Origin: Ascoidea asiatica JCM 7603
Lineage: Eukaryota; Fungi; Ascomycota
Assembly (NCBI GenBank): GCA_001600695.1
Contig: BCKQ01000018.1
Coordinates: 270,194 to 301,719, forward strand
Direction: 5' to 3'
Length of the DNA: 31,526 bases
Part shown: positions 31,430 through 31,526 of the stretch, in pieces
How the letters are laid out: every line of letters begins with the position of its first letter
How positions within the stretch are numbered: position 1 is the first letter of the stretch
Position numbers and translations under genes: made by a program
Notes under the pieces: model-generated
Seen by the model: only the letters and a program-made list of their open reading frames with translations
What the model was told of the DNA's origin: nothing
Databases searched by the model: none

Positions 31430-31526
<97 letters not shown>
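27229..31526 (-). CDS. DUF1: WD40 deubiquitinase-associated factor Duf1/WDR48(UAF1)/Bun107; 5'-partial
   Basis: WD repeats HTDWIND, LISCSSDLSIKL, GYHNDYVKCL, GHTDNIKSL..LLSGSSDSTIKLWSL and HSSSIWSL; LLNNRRNIVTL...VKFWDI; C-terminal [41 protein letters not shown]. The frame stays open for 115 more codons upstream of the track's TTG (31179) to the window end, so the true start lies outside the window. Confidence 0.9.
29782..29844 (-). repeat. Coding hexanucleotide repeat (Asn-Lys)n in DUF1
   Basis: Degenerate AAYAAA units encoding NKNKNKNKNKNKNKIKNKN. Boundaries approximate. Confidence 0.8.
30925..30951 (-). repeat. (AAT)9 coding microsatellite, poly-Asn
   Basis: Nine perfect ATT units on the + strand, inside DUF1. 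Confidence 0.9.
31432..31526 (-). repeat. (AAT)31+ coding microsatellite, poly-Asn, truncated by the window end
   Basis: Perfect ATT repeat on the + strand (imperfect from 31411), in the DUF1 frame as AAT. Confidence 0.95.

Overview
A very AT-rich budding-yeast (Saccharomycotina) nuclear segment with nine protein-coding genes: IRA1/IRA2-type Ras-GAP (+), REX4 (-), GAS5-type GH72 transglucosylase (+), PKH1/PKH2 kinase (-), a secreted SUN-family protein (+), MHF1/CENP-S (+, spliced), an MFAP1/Spp381-type splicing factor (-, spliced; split into two ORFs in the track), ATP19 (-, spliced; absent from the track) and DUF1/WDR48 (-, 5'-truncated, running into an (AAT)n poly-Asn tract at the window edge). 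The most unusual object lies in the 3-kb divergent PKH/SUN intergenic region. It is a ~334-bp element (19768-20101) with 11-bp terminal inverted repeats, clustered TTAGG/CCTAA subterminal repeats and a perfect 14-bp hairpin. It carries ATCACGTGA (Cbf1/CDEI-type) boxes at exactly the same distance from each end, plus a third CACGT box at the centre. It looks like a hAT-type MITE or a domesticated, spacing-constrained chromosomal element, and it sits in a GC-richer, palindrome-dense island. All calls are by eye; no database searches were run.
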